DNA of 49,529 bases from positions 1 to 49,529 of the forward strand of contig JBIJBE010000024.1 in NCBI GenBank assembly GCA_044345405.1, given 5' to 3'. The notes under the pieces are model-generated. The model had not been told where the DNA came from and ran no database searches. It worked only from the letters and a program-made list of their open reading frames with translations. This stretch comes from Bdellovibrionota bacterium (GTDB taxonomy: Bacteria; Bdellovibrionota_C; UBA2361; OMII01). Below, one piece after another: positions 1 to 10,289 of this stretch. The first letter of the stretch is position 1. The number at the start of each line of letters is the position of its first letter. A program made the position numbers and the translations under genes.

Positions 1-908
1 TTGAAGATAAGCCGATGCAGATTACGACCGGCAATCGGGTCGCGTGGAACCCTGAAAACTATGATCACGAGTTCCGCGGCGACGTTACCTTGAGATACGC
101 CCTCGAGCACTCGCTCAACATGCCCGCACTCTACATCGCGGAGCGTATCGGCCTCTCCACTCTCAAGAAGACCCTGTCCGCGTTCAAGATCGCGCCAACC
201 GTTCAAGAGGTCCCCTCCCTCGCGCTCGGGGCGCTCGACTCGAACCTTCTACGACTCACCGCCGCGTACGGCGCGCTCGCGAATGGGGGTGTGTACATCC
301 AGCCCCGTCTCTTCACAGCCGCCGTAGATGGGTCGGGGGACCGAGTGGCGAACTCCGAGATCGTTGAGGAGCGCGTAGCGGATGAGGACGCGGCGTTTGT
401 CCTAACCACCATCCTTCGTGGGGTGCTCGATCGGGGAACCGGAACCAAGGCGCGCGCAAAGGGATTTACCCGACCGGCGGCTGGAAAGACCGGAACTTCG
501 GATAATGCCCGTGACGCCTGGTTCATCGGATATACACCCACCCTCGTCGCCGGAGTGTGGCTCGGGTACGACGACAACACCCCGATTACCATTACGGGTG
601 GAGCTGCCGCGGCCCCCATCTGGGGGGATTTCATGAAATGCAGCTCTCCGTTCCTCCCTCTTGGGGACTTTTCACCGCCACCCGGGGTAGCATTCGCCGA
701 CGTAGATAGCCGAACCGGACAGATAGCAACACCTGATTGTCCTCGTGACCGGGTATTTTCGGAGGCGTTCGTGAAAGGAACCCAACCAACCGTTCGGTGT
801 GGTGAACACGGCGGAGGTGGCCAGGAGTCCACAATAGAATCCTTCTCTGGACCCGCTCGTCGTGGAGACCGGCAGTCCGGATTCTGGAACTCGCTCTTCG
901 GGCGATAG
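1..908 (+). CDS. Class A penicillin-binding protein (PBP1A/1B family), C-terminal transpeptidase part; 5' end lies upstream of the window
   Basis: Frame is open from the window edge; SxN (HSLN) and KTGT (AGKTGTS..ARDAWFIGYTP) motifs, ENYD..F.G.VTLRYAL and GGAAAAPIW are typical of class A PBPs. Confidence 0.9.
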   Translation, partial: EDKPMQITTGNRVAWNPENYDHEFRGDVTLRYALEHSLNMPALYIAERIGLSTLKKTLSAFKIAPTVQEVPSLALGALDSNLLRLTAAYGALANGGVYIQPRLFTAAVDGSGDRVANSEIVEERVADEDAAFVLTTILRGVLDRGTGTKARAKGFTRPAAGKTGTSDNARDAWFIGYTPTLVAGVWLGYDDNTPITITGGAAAAPIWGDFMKCSSPFLPLGDFSPPPGVAFADVDSRTGQIATPDCPRDRVFSEAFVKGTQPTVRCGEHGGGGQESTIESFSGPARRGDRQSGFWNSLFGR

Positions 909-1013
909 GTCTAGCGACCACAACCCAGAACCGGTAGAAATCGCCAACTTAGTGGGCAAGCCACTACAATGTAGTCTTGCTCCATCACGCTCTTACCGGG
1001 TATTTTTCCACCC

Positions 1014-2693
1014 ATGCAGTGGATCCTCTCTATAGACTTAAGCGCCCAGCCTTGCGACCTCTCCCTCTCTTCAGTGGAAGGAAATCAAGTTGAGGTTGTG
1101 GCTGCTTCCACGGCTCGCCTTCCTATATTGGCGGAGCGAACTGAGCTTTGTAAGAGAGACCTCTCGAAATTGTTTGAGTCGATCGGGGAGTCCTTCAAAA
1201 AATCAGGGGGCAAAAAATCAGGGGGCCAAAAATCAGGGAGCAAACAATCAGGGAGCTCAGAGAACGAAAGGCCAGAAGGCACGGAAACAGCTGAGCTCGC
1301 CGCCGATGATTCCTCCGACGAAACTACCGAGCGAGATCCGCTGTATGAGGTTGCGCGCGACTCGATTACCACCATTCGCTCATCCCTCACAAGCTTCAGC
1401 GAATGGACGGCGGTAAGCGTCATCATTCCCCCCCACGATCACCTAGCTCTCAACCTCAATCTCCCGTTCGGTGACGCGCGTAACCTTGACCGAATCGTCG
1501 ATCTCGAGGTGCAGGACGTTGTGCCATTTGAGTTGGATGATTTCCTCGTTCAGTACGCTCCTCTCGGCCCCATGTCGCACGGGAATGCGGCATTGGACAG
1601 TAAAGAGCAGAGTGCGACATCGTACGACGTCCACGTCGGCCTCATGCCGCGCATCTTCGTTAAAAACATCCTCCACCTGTGCAAAGCCGCCGGTATCGAA
1701 CCGAATATCATAACAGTTCCATCGAGCGCCCTTGGGAGTGTGTACCATTTGGGCCGAGACTTCTTCTCCTCCAATTCCGCCGTGGTGTTCAACCGGGGCG
1801 ACGAGTTCTCAATGGCGGTCTTTATCAACGGAGAGGTTCGCGTTGAGCGCGTTCTGTACGCCTCAAAGCTCATCGCCGCCGCGAACCAGGAAGCTGAGCA
1901 TCCTCTGAAAGCGGTATTCACGGCGCTCAAGCTCATGCTCGCCGCGACCGAGCGTCGATACGGAACCCGTGTTGAGAACGTCTACCTGCTCGGACGTGAG
2001 GTGAAGGGGGCGAACCTGCAGCAACTCTTCGGCAGACCGATTCAGGGCATCCAGATGCGAGACTTCATTAAGAGCGATGGAGCGCTCGGCGGACTCTCAC
2101 CGCTCGGAGCGCCGTTCGCCGCCGACGATTCGAACCTCGCCCCACTCTCTAACTTCCGTAGTCGAGAATTCTCATTTACCCCTAAGATAGGCGAATTTCT
2201 GCGCGCCTTCGTCGGAGCCACGAAGTACATCCGTATCGCGGCGGCGGCTTTCATCGTTGGCGTCCTGTGCACCTACCTCGTTAGAGCGTACACGATAAGC
2301 GCCATCGAAAGCTCCCTTACCAAGCAGGTCGCTACCGTCATAACGGGCTTCACCGCGCCACCATCGGAGATCCGTTCGGCGCTCATGAAGGCTGAGAGCA
2401 AGCTAACCGAGGAACTCGGCGTGCTCGCGTCTCCGGCAAAGGTCTCACCGCTCGACGCGCTCTTAGAGATACTCAAACTGCTGCCCCAGAATGAAACGGT
2501 GACTATCAACTCAATCAAGATCTCTGGTACGAAGGCGCAGATAACAGGAACCGCTCCACAGTTGAGTGCCATCGAGACGGTTGGCAAGGCCTTGAAGGCT
2601 AACAACGGCGTCTTTAGCAAGGTCACCGCAACACCCGGCACATCCGCCCAGGGCAAATTCAACTTCACCGTTGACCTCGTTCTAACGCAGTAG
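1014..2693 (+). CDS. Type II secretion GspL / PilM-PilN-like inner-membrane platform protein
   Basis: Actin-like cytoplasmic segment (LNLPFGD..NLDRIVDLEVQDVVPFELDD), NFR..EF before a single TM helix, then a periplasmic PilN/GspL-like domain; followed by M- and N-like genes. Confidence 0.7.
   Translation: MQWILSIDLSAQPCDLSLSSVEGNQVEVVAASTARLPILAERTELCKRDLSKLFESIGESFKKSGGKKSGGQKSGSKQSGSSENERPEGTETAELAADDSSDETTERDPLYEVARDSITTIRSSLTSFSEWTAVSVIIPPHDHLALNLNLPFGDARNLDRIVDLEVQDVVPFELDDFLVQYAPLGPMSHGNAALDSKEQSATSYDVHVGLMPRIFVKNILHLCKAAGIEPNIITVPSSALGSVYHLGRDFFSSNSAVVFNRGDEFSMAVFINGEVRVERVLYASKLIAAANQEAEHPLKAVFTALKLMLAATERRYGTRVENVYLLGREVKGANLQQLFGRPIQGIQMRDFIKSDGALGGLSPLGAPFAADDSNLAPLSNFRSREFSFTPKIGEFLRAFVGATKYIRIAAAAFIVGVLCTYLVRAYTISAIESSLTKQVATVITGFTAPPSEIRSALMKAESKLTEELGVLASPAKVSPLDALLEILKLLPQNETVTINSIKISGTKAQITGTAPQLSAIETVGKALKANNGVFSKVTATPGTSAQGKFNFTVDLVLTQ
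1197..1256 (+). repeat. In-frame 15-bp tandem repeat x4 (AAAAAATCAGGGGGC-like) encoding KKSGG KKSGG QKSGS KQSGS
   Basis: Units visible at 1197, 1212, 1227 and 1242. Confidence 0.9.
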
Positions 2694-2703
2694 GAGACCC
2701 GAC

Positions 2704-3264
2704 GTGAAAGAGAACTTCCTCAAATTTTGGTCGCAACGAAGCTCTCGAGAGCGGACGCTACTCGGTGGGCTGGCCGTCCTCTTCGTGTTCATGGTTATTT
2801 GGCCAGCGGTTGTTAAGCCGATCTCAGAGGCGTTCGCCCGTCAATCGCGGGAGCTTGAGGAGATAACCCTCACCTACACCGCCGCTCCAGATATCCTCGC
2901 CCGATACTCGAAGTTGACAGCCCGACGGAAAGAGCTCGAGAAGTTCTACAGTGGCGTGGACGTCTCCTCAGATCCACTCTCGTACCTTGAGCGATTACTC
3001 AGGGACACGGCAAAGGCCTCCGGCACCTACAACGTAACGCCCCGCGAGGGCACGCAACTCGGAGGAAAGTACGCGCACAAGCTGTTCATCGTAAACTTTC
3101 AATCCACCAGCCTTGAGAACGTGGCGGCGTTTCTTAAGGAGCTAACCACCGGTCCCCAACCGATGCTGATCTCGCAGATCAATCTGGACCGACGCGCGAC
3201 CACGAGCACCCTCAACGTGCAACTGGAAGTAAGCGGCTTCGAGAGCATCTCCCCAAGCAAATGA
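2704..3264 (+). CDS. Type II secretion GspM / PilO-like protein
   Basis: W..RS.RER.LL motif before an N-terminal TM helix, then coiled coil and a ferredoxin-like C-terminus; GTG start with AGGAG upstream; lies after the GspL-like gene. Confidence 0.7.
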   Translation: MKENFLKFWSQRSSRERTLLGGLAVLFVFMVIWPAVVKPISEAFARQSRELEEITLTYTAAPDILARYSKLTARRKELEKFYSGVDVSSDPLSYLERLLRDTAKASGTYNVTPREGTQLGGKYAHKLFIVNFQSTSLENVAAFLKELTTGPQPMLISQINLDRRATTSTLNVQLEVSGFESISPSK

Positions 3265-4190
3265 GGCCCACGGCTCGAAAGCTTATCCTCCTTGGCCTCG
3301 TCGCCCTCGTAGCGACCCTGGTTGTGGCGTGGCCCTCCGTGATGAAACTACTCGCGCAACGAGGGCTTGAGCGGGCGCGTGAAAACGGCGTCAACCTCTC
3401 GTGGAACGGCCTCACAACGGGACACGCGTCGTTAGGTATAGAATCCCTTATCGTCTGGATCCCGGGCCCGAAGGTCAAAGGAACATTCGCGATACCGGTC
3501 TCGCTTGAGCTGCAACAGCTCTCACTCGCGCTCAGGCCAAGCTCCTTACTCACCCTCACTCCAAGCGGAACCTATGCCACTCAGATCTATGGCGGCACCC
3601 TCTCGGGTGATGCCACGACGGACATTGCGACGGCCCATATCAACGCAACCATAGATGGCGCGCAGCTCGGAAAGCATCCCCAACTTGCGAGCATAGGATT
3701 TCAAGGTGGTGTCACAAACGGCACTTTGCGCGAGGTCCTACTCACCCCTCGTGGTGTCGAGGGAGGAGCGGCCTCTCTCCAAATCAGAGAGTTCGCGATA
3801 CCGGCGGTCGATGCGGTCCGAACCCTGCTGCGAACAGATAACATAGGAACCGTAGACATCGATGTGGAGGGCACGATCTCCCCCTCGATGTTGGATGCTA
3901 AAAGTATCCGCCTCTCGTCTCTGTTCGGCTCCCTGGTTGGTTCGCTTTCCATAACAGACCACCTTTCCCGGACTCCGTCCGTCAAAGGCTCCTTTATCGT
4001 CTCACTCTCCGAGAACGGAACGGCTTCCCTCGGACCGTGGTTACCACTGATTCCCAACGCGGGTTTCGACTCGTCAGCCTCGACCTTCGAGGTTTCGGCA
4101 ATCAGCTCTCCCTGCTCGTCCCCCCGTTCATCCGGCGCCATCGTCCGCCTCGGCTCGGGGTGTCTCAAGCTTACCTTCGAAAAACGGTAG
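3261..4190 (+). CDS. Putative GspN-like membrane-anchored periplasmic beta-rich protein
   Basis: N-terminal TM anchor, beta-rich body, YGG.LSG motif; 4-bp ATGA overlap with the GspM-like gene. Confidence 0.5.
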   Translation: MRPTARKLILLGLVALVATLVVAWPSVMKLLAQRGLERARENGVNLSWNGLTTGHASLGIESLIVWIPGPKVKGTFAIPVSLELQQLSLALRPSSLLTLTPSGTYATQIYGGTLSGDATTDIATAHINATIDGAQLGKHPQLASIGFQGGVTNGTLREVLLTPRGVEGGAASLQIREFAIPAVDAVRTLLRTDNIGTVDIDVEGTISPSMLDAKSIRLSSLFGSLVGSLSITDHLSRTPSVKGSFIVSLSENGTASLGPWLPLIPNAGFDSSASTFEVSAISSPCSSPRSSGAIVRLGSGCLKLTFEKR

Positions 4191-4288
4191 TCACGTTTCG
4201 CCGCGCCTCTGGCGATGCGTGAAACTCGCACGCCGGCCGAGAAATACCTCTCTACCCTCCCAATGGCTACCGATGATACTATCGAACC

Positions 4289-4948
4289 ATGAACGATCTC
4301 ATGCTTATTCCGGCACTACTCGCGTCGGTAACCCTACCGCTCGCGGGATTACTCCTGGGCAAACGACTCAGCGGCGGCGAGTCTAACGAAGAGATCGCTG
4401 CCCTTAGAGAAGAGTCTCGGGTCCTTGAGACAAAGATTATTGACCTTCTTGCCGGGGAGGAGGAGCTGATTTCCAAGGAACAACTCGCTTCAATTCAGGC
4501 AAAAACGGTGGATTACAAAGCAATGGTTGAGTCTCAACGGAAGGCTCGCGTCGAGATTGAGCAAAGACTGACCGGAGCTCACTCGGATGTGATCTCCCGA
4601 GAGGCGGCGCACCAGGAAATGAAAGCCGAAAAACACGACGATGAGGTCGCGCTCCAGTCCGTCATGTCAAACTACAGCGACATCTCCACAGAATCAGTGT
4701 CGCTTGAACGACGACTCGCCGAGTCATTAAAGACCATCGATAAGATGTCCACTGAGATATCGATGACAGAGGACCAGCGCGCGATCTTTGAGGCGCTCTC
4801 AAACGCTCTCACCAACGCGAGCGCGCAGCTCCGCGATGTAATCGTCGCTCATCAAAACGTCTATGAACGACTTGAGGCCCTTCGCTCTCAATATACGGAC
4901 CTGGAATCGGAGTACATAAAGCTTGTAGAGCTTCAGTTGGAGTCGTAG
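4289..4948 (+). CDS. Membrane-anchored coiled-coil hypothetical protein
   Basis: Hydrophobic N-terminus followed by a long heptad-rich E/L/A helix. Confidence 0.7.
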   Translation: MNDLMLIPALLASVTLPLAGLLLGKRLSGGESNEEIAALREESRVLETKIIDLLAGEEELISKEQLASIQAKTVDYKAMVESQRKARVEIEQRLTGAHSDVISREAAHQEMKAEKHDDEVALQSVMSNYSDISTESVSLERRLAESLKTIDKMSTEISMTEDQRAIFEALSNALTNASAQLRDVIVAHQNVYERLEALRSQYTDLESEYIKLVELQLES

Positions 4949-4983
4949 GCAAATAGGGCAATCAACCTTTAGCGCCCTGCCCC

Positions 4984-5784
4984 TTACAGCATATCATCAA
5001 GTACCTTACCGAGATGTTCAAGTGATGCCGTCTTGACCGACTCATCAACTAAGGTGAACACCTCCTGAATCAGAAACGGGTCTCTGCATTGCCACACAAG
5101 CCCCGAGCGTCCAACCGTCATAGAATACGCTGTACTGATATCGTTCCTCATGCACGCCACGGTAACCGTGAGGTTGTTGATCTCTGTGCGATATCCCCGT
5201 ACCCCAACGTCCCCCTCAACCACCTGCCAGTCAGCGGCGGTTGTCTCGCCAATCGCCTCTTTAATACTGGCGACCAAGCGGGCTACCGAGTCATTGAAAT
5301 CTCGGCGCATACTCTCACGATACTGTTTCACGATAAGCTCAATCTCGAGGTAGAGCTGTTCGGCGATATCCCCCTCGGCGAGCACCTGAGCGGGCTTCTC
5401 GATTCCGCCCGCGCCCCGGAATGCCGGGTCGAGCAGGGCCTTGGGCGACCACCCTCTTCCTCGAAGCTCAATCAGGAAGCGCGAAGGTCCGGCAGCGCTG
5501 AAGCTGTAGCCACCTCCAAAAAAGTTGTTAGACACCGGAGTCGAAGACCGTAACACGAGCGTTCCACTCTTTGTGTCCGTGAAGAATACCTGCTCCCACG
5601 TTTCCTGGGAGCGAGGAAAGCGACGAGTTGTATCGAGAGCCTCTCCGCCCTGCTCCCACCGTTCCGGAGCTGTATTAGAGAGCGTATTGCGAATCTTATC
5701 GAGGAGCGAGATCGCCCCCTTACTCTGAGCCGCATCCGCCCCGTCGGCCTCGCCCGCGCTTTGATATTTTTTGTCGTCGTTCAT
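4984..5784 (-). CDS. Hypothetical protein
   Basis: 266-aa ORF with protein-like composition filling the gap downstream of ftsK; no recognised motif. Confidence 0.7.
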   Translation of the reverse strand: MNDDKKYQSAGEADGADAAQSKGAISLLDKIRNTLSNTAPERWEQGGEALDTTRRFPRSQETWEQVFFTDTKSGTLVLRSSTPVSNNFFGGGYSFSAAGPSRFLIELRGRGWSPKALLDPAFRGAGGIEKPAQVLAEGDIAEQLYLEIELIVKQYRESMRRDFNDSVARLVASIKEAIGETTAADWQVVEGDVGVRGYRTEINNLTVTVACMRNDISTAYSMTVGRSGLVWQCRDPFLIQEVFTLVDESVKTASLEHLGKVLDDML

Positions 5785-5924
5785 GGGAAACCCTATCCCT
5801 CAATTCTAATGCTCATGGGGGCGTAAGTTCAACGAATACCATGCCCACCCTTGTCGTACCGATGGGTTATGCCCCCTCGAGGGAGGGGTGTGGCATTAGC
5901 CCATGCGCTCAAAGCCATCCGCGA

Positions 5925-8573
5925 TTAGACGGCATCTCGAGCTGGATGTGGGGCTAACACCTCTCGTGGCTTAACGCCATCCATCTTCCCTACTACCCCT
6001 TCACGTTCCATCATCTCGATAATCCGAGCGGCTCGATTGTACCCAATACGGAAGGTGCGCTGAATCATCGAGGTCGAAGCCTGTCCCTTCTCAAGAACAA
6101 GTTCAACGGCTTTGTCGTAGAACGGGTCGAACTCCTCGTCCTCTCCACCCTCGCCGTTACCACCTTGTCCATTTGCGCTACTCTCCTCAGCAAGAGCCTT
6201 CTCACACGCGGCGATAATCGCCTCGTCGTACTGCGGAGGGCACTGAGACTTCAGTGAGGTAACCACCTTCTGAACCTCGTGGTCGGACACAAACGCTCCG
6301 TGCACACGCTTCAACGGCACAGCTCCCGGAAGCATGAAGAGCATATCTCCTTTTCCGAGGAGCTTCTCAGCTCCCATCGAATCCAGGATCGTACGTGAGT
6401 CGATACGGCTCGTTACCCGGAACGACAACCGGGCCGGGAAGTTCGCTTTGATCAATCCCGTGATTACATCTACCGAGGGACGCTGGGTCGCTACGATAAG
6501 GTGGATACCGGCAGCTCGAGCTTTTTGAGCAAGTCGGGTAATCAACTCCTCGATCTCACGACCTACCGTAAGCATGAGGTCCGCGAGCTCGTCGATAACG
6601 ATAATCAGCTTCGGCATCGGCCGGAGCTGCTCAGGCGCGGTCGGCTCGACCGGTGTGACACCTTCGCCCTCGGTCGCGGCTACTCCCTCCTTCACCTCAG
6701 GTGTTGGCTGTGAGAACATCTCTGTTTGAGCCATCGAAGGATGATCACCGGAGACTATCTGGTTGTATCCATCGATGTTACGGACCCCGAACTTTTGCAT
6801 GTAGCGATACCGTCGCTCCATCTCCTTGACGGCCCATCCAAGAACGGCCTTCGCCTGACGAGCATCAGTTACCACAGGGACGCGGAGATGAGGAATACCA
6901 TCGTAGATGCTCAACTCAAGAACCTTCGGGTCGATCAGTATCAGCCCCAATTCCGCCGGATGCGCCCGATAGAGCAGGCTTAAGAGAATCGCGTTAATCG
7001 ACACCGACTTACCAGTTCCCGTCGCTCCCGCCATGAGAAGGTGAGGCATCGAGGCGATATCCACTACTACGGCCTCTCCGTAGGTATCCTTCCCAAGCGG
7101 CACGCTCAGGATCGACTCGCTCTCAGCCAACGACTCACTCTCAAGACAATCACGGAGGCGCACGACCGCGCGATGTTTGTTTGGAACCTCAATCCCAACG
7201 GTGCCACGCTTTGGAATCGGCGCGATAATTCGAATACTGCTCGCGCGAAGACTCATGGCGAGATCATCCTGCAACGCGGCGATCCGCCCTACCTTCACAC
7301 CGGCAGCGGGCTCAAACTCGAATAATGTAATCACCGGACCCGGATGCACCTGCGTGACGCGCCCGGCGATATTGAAATCTCGCAACTTCGACTCGATCTG
7401 CTCCGCCTTTTCGCGAAGTTCCTCGTCATCATCTCCGAGCTCCTGCTCCTCCTCCTGAACGAGAAGCTTGAGGTCTGGGGCGATGTAATCGTCGAAAGCT
7501 GGCGGAGGAGCCTCCCCCTCACGCTCAACCACCTTCTTTTTCTTTTCGGCACCTACCCGAAGAGGCTTCGGAGAAGCTGAAGGCTCAGGAGCCTTCGGTT
7601 TTACAATTATCGGATCGGCGCGCTCGTACACAGGTTCACTCGGCGCACCCTTTTCAAACGCCGGACTCTGCTCTCTCTCTTCGTCGACGACCTCTTCCCC
7701 ATCATCATCGCCAAGGGTCCATCCATCATCCTCAACGACCTCCTCTTCGTCCTCCTCCACCGCGTCCTCGGTCGGTGTTTGGTTCTTGCGCAGCTTGGGT
7801 TTCGGCATGGCAGCTTCCTCATTATCGCCCTCATACGGGCCGGAGGCGAAGAAGAGCTTCCCCAGCACAGGAACTCCCATCTTGAGCAGGGCGGCGAGGA
7901 GGCCGACAACTACCAAACCAGCGCGAGCCACGACGATCGGAAGCTCCACGAAAAGAAACGTCACACCCGAGCGAACAAGCCACCGAACGCCTGAGGCGAT
8001 ATCACCGAGCGAGCGCTGCAGAACTACCGCGCAGCAGATGGCGCAGAGCAGTGCGGTTACCACAAAGGTTCCACCCACTCCAAGATGCCCCTGTCCGAAG
8101 GTGGCGATCGAGGCGCCGATCGAGCCGGCCCACGATGGGGTAACCACCGCCGCTACCAACGCCGACACTCCGAAGACAAGCGCGATCCCCGCTCCCACTA
8201 CGACTGGGGTAGAATAGAGACGGGCACGGTCTTCGTCAGACTTGATCGTGCGAAAAAACGCTAACCACATCAAGCCGGCGACAGGCAAAAGGGAAACAGC
8301 TCCAAGGCTACCCACGAGCAAGGTGGCGACAATGTGCCCCGCGGGTCCCATGATGTTCCGAGTAGGGTTACTCGCCTGCCCCTGCGCGGTGATGTAAACG
8401 TACGACAGGATACTTGAGAGCAGGAAGAGTCCACTGGCGAGGAGCAGCAACGACACAAAATCGCGAACCCAGCCCCGTGGCCTTAGAGGCGCTTTCGCTC
8501 CAGCGGCCGCCACCTTGGCTGACTTTTGAGTTTTGGCACGGCTTGTTGTCCGTCGCTTCTGTGGTGCTGTCAT
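5925..8573 (-). CDS. ftsK: DNA translocase FtsK
   Basis: N-terminal TM domain, acidic linker, GPVIT.FE, PHLLMAGATGTGKS Walker A, IVIDELADLM Walker B, ATQRPSVDVITG, gamma domain (ASTSMIQR..RIGYNRAARI); start at 8573 is inferred. Confidence 0.97.
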   Translation of the reverse strand: MTAPQKRRTTSRAKTQKSAKVAAAGAKAPLRPRGWVRDFVSLLLLASGLFLLSSILSYVYITAQGQASNPTRNIMGPAGHIVATLLVGSLGAVSLLPVAGLMWLAFFRTIKSDEDRARLYSTPVVVGAGIALVFGVSALVAAVVTPSWAGSIGASIATFGQGHLGVGGTFVVTALLCAICCAVVLQRSLGDIASGVRWLVRSGVTFLFVELPIVVARAGLVVVGLLAALLKMGVPVLGKLFFASGPYEGDNEEAAMPKPKLRKNQTPTEDAVEEDEEEVVEDDGWTLGDDDGEEVVDEEREQSPAFEKGAPSEPVYERADPIIVKPKAPEPSASPKPLRVGAEKKKKVVEREGEAPPPAFDDYIAPDLKLLVQEEEQELGDDDEELREKAEQIESKLRDFNIAGRVTQVHPGPVITLFEFEPAAGVKVGRIAALQDDLAMSLRASSIRIIAPIPKRGTVGIEVPNKHRAVVRLRDCLESESLAESESILSVPLGKDTYGEAVVVDIASMPHLLMAGATGTGKSVSINAILLSLLYRAHPAELGLILIDPKVLELSIYDGIPHLRVPVVTDARQAKAVLGWAVKEMERRYRYMQKFGVRNIDGYNQIVSGDHPSMAQTEMFSQPTPEVKEGVAATEGEGVTPVEPTAPEQLRPMPKLIIVIDELADLMLTVGREIEELITRLAQKARAAGIHLIVATQRPSVDVITGLIKANFPARLSFRVTSRIDSRTILDSMGAEKLLGKGDMLFMLPGAVPLKRVHGAFVSDHEVQKVVTSLKSQCPPQYDEAIIAACEKALAEESSANGQGGNGEGGEDEEFDPFYDKAVELVLEKGQASTSMIQRTFRIGYNRAARIIEMMEREGVVGKMDGVKPREVLAPHPARDAV

Positions 8574-8693
8574 GGTAACTGCTCTAGCATGAGGAATAAG
8601 CAAACACGGGTGGATCGTACCACTAAGATGCCGCTCTACCCAGAGGGAATCTGCGCTAAACAGAACATCTTTTTAGGGATCGGCGCGAGGTTT

Positions 8694-9350
8694 CTACTTG
8701 CCAAAACGCTCGGTTTGAAACTGAATATCCCTGCGACTATTTAAGTCCTGCAGGGATTGCGTAACGCCTCGCCGGAATATCTCCTGTGCGGAGATCCATC
8801 CAGCCCCACTCCCATCACGTCCGAGACGCTCCCGTAGCTTGAGCCAGTTCTCAGCCATCGCCTCCTGCTGATAGGCGTACTGAGCCTGCCATACCGGCTG
8901 GGAGTTTGTCCCGGTATACACGGCCATACGGAAGGCAACCCGCGCCGGAGTACCACCAACGGCGGACCCTTTAAGTTCATCCATCGTCACGATCTCGGTC
9001 TTGAGAACGCTGTCAGCGGCCCCGCCTCCTTTGGCCCCATCCACTACCTTCATCGATAGGGTTTCGTTAGCGACCTCTCGAACGATGGTGAGTAGCCCAT
9101 CCTCCGAAATTGTCGATTTGGTCACACCCAGAAACACCGGCTTTTCGATCCGCAAGGAATTGACAGAGAGGAGCCGTTTAGGATCATCAACTTGGGCGGC
9201 CAGAGGAGAGACGACGATTCCGCGGCTTGAGGATGAGGAGCTCGAGGTATGGCGACTTCCCTTCGAGGCGCATCCGGTGGTCACAAGCACGAAAGCGCTC
9301 AGTACCGCGCAACTCAACCGCACAAAAACCCTCACCTGCCTACCTTTCAT
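8694..9350 (-). CDS. Putative lipoprotein
   Basis: Basic N-terminus, hydrophobic stretch and lipobox-like LVTTG-C followed by a Ser linker; start at 9350 is inferred. Confidence 0.65.
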   Translation of the reverse strand: MKGRQVRVFVRLSCAVLSAFVLVTTGCASKGSRHTSSSSSSSRGIVVSPLAAQVDDPKRLLSVNSLRIEKPVFLGVTKSTISEDGLLTIVREVANETLSMKVVDGAKGGGAADSVLKTEIVTMDELKGSAVGGTPARVAFRMAVYTGTNSQPVWQAQYAYQQEAMAENWLKLRERLGRDGSGAGWISAQEIFRRGVTQSLQDLNSRRDIQFQTERFGK

Positions 9351-9728
9351 AAACACCACGCTCCTCTTCAGCTCTACCGGCGGAACAATATCCACCTCCG
9401 TGACCACCGTCCAGTGATGAGGACGATAACCCACAAAGCTCTCCTTCGACACCTCAAAACAGCCGCTGAAAGTCAAGCAATCCGGCCAAAAATTGGGGAG
9501 AATCGTTTGGCCCTGATAAGTAATCCTAAGGCGCAGAGATTGCGTGCGAATTCGACTCGTATATGTGCATCCTCATACCCTCCCGATGGCTCGAAGAGGC
9601 GATATACTTGTTCCGATGTTCCCTCTTGATCTCACTAGGGAAAAGGCTTTAGGCTTCCCCCCACAAATACAAAACAGAACACGGGCTCGCTCACTCAGAA
9701 AGCGGCTCTTTACTTGGAAAGATGTACT

Positions 9729-10199
9729 ATGACCACCAAAGCTACAGAAAAAATCATCGAAGCTCTCACGCAACTCGTTGAGGGGTTCGCGGAGCTTCAA
9801 GAGAAGCTTGAAGAGGACTACGATCCAGATGTGGAGAGTGAGTCTGACGATGATGAAACTGAAAGCGAGGAGGAGGAAGGCGCGACCGGCATTGAAGAGG
9901 CGATCGTAACCGAGCTCAAAGCGGCTGTTGAGTCAGTCATCGAGAACGAGGACTGCGCGCCAGAGGATCTCGCCTCCATCGTTTCCGCCCTCACCGGAGC
10001 TCTTGAGGAGATCGATCCAGAGGTTTTCAGTCACGGCGAGGTTGAGGAAGAAGAGGACGAGGACGAAGAGGAATACGAGGAGGTCGACGACGACGACTTC
10101 GACGAGGACTACGACGAAGATGAGGACGAGGACGAAGACGAGGAAGATGAGGACGAAGACGAGGATGAGGACGAAGATGAAGAGGACGATGACGACTAG
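9729..10199 (+). CDS. Highly acidic hypothetical protein with a long D/E tail
   Basis: Helical N-terminal part, last ~50 residues almost all D/E; followed by a terminator. Confidence 0.75.
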   Translation: MTTKATEKIIEALTQLVEGFAELQEKLEEDYDPDVESESDDDETESEEEEGATGIEEAIVTELKAAVESVIENEDCAPEDLASIVSALTGALEEIDPEVFSHGEVEEEEDEDEEEYEEVDDDDFDEDYDEDEDEDEDEEDEDEDEDEDEDEEDDDD

Positions 10200-10225
10200 T
10201 TCGTAACGTTTCTCCCTCGAGATAG

Positions 10226-10258
10226 AAAAGCCGGGTAGCGTTAGCTCCCGGCTTTTTT
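10226..10258. terminator. Intrinsic terminator, probably bidirectional
   Basis: AAAAGCCGGG-tagcgttagct-CCCGGCTTTTTT between convergent genes. Confidence 0.85.
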
Positions 10259-10289
10259 ATTAGACGCCGTGCACGTTTACGTTCACGGG

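Noticed and set aside
203-832. 209-aa minus-strand ORF
   Set aside because: Antisense to the PBP gene; low-complexity composition
5862-5905. Imperfect inverted repeat downstream of ftsK
   Set aside because: Bulged stem, no U-tract and no second copy seen; too weak to call
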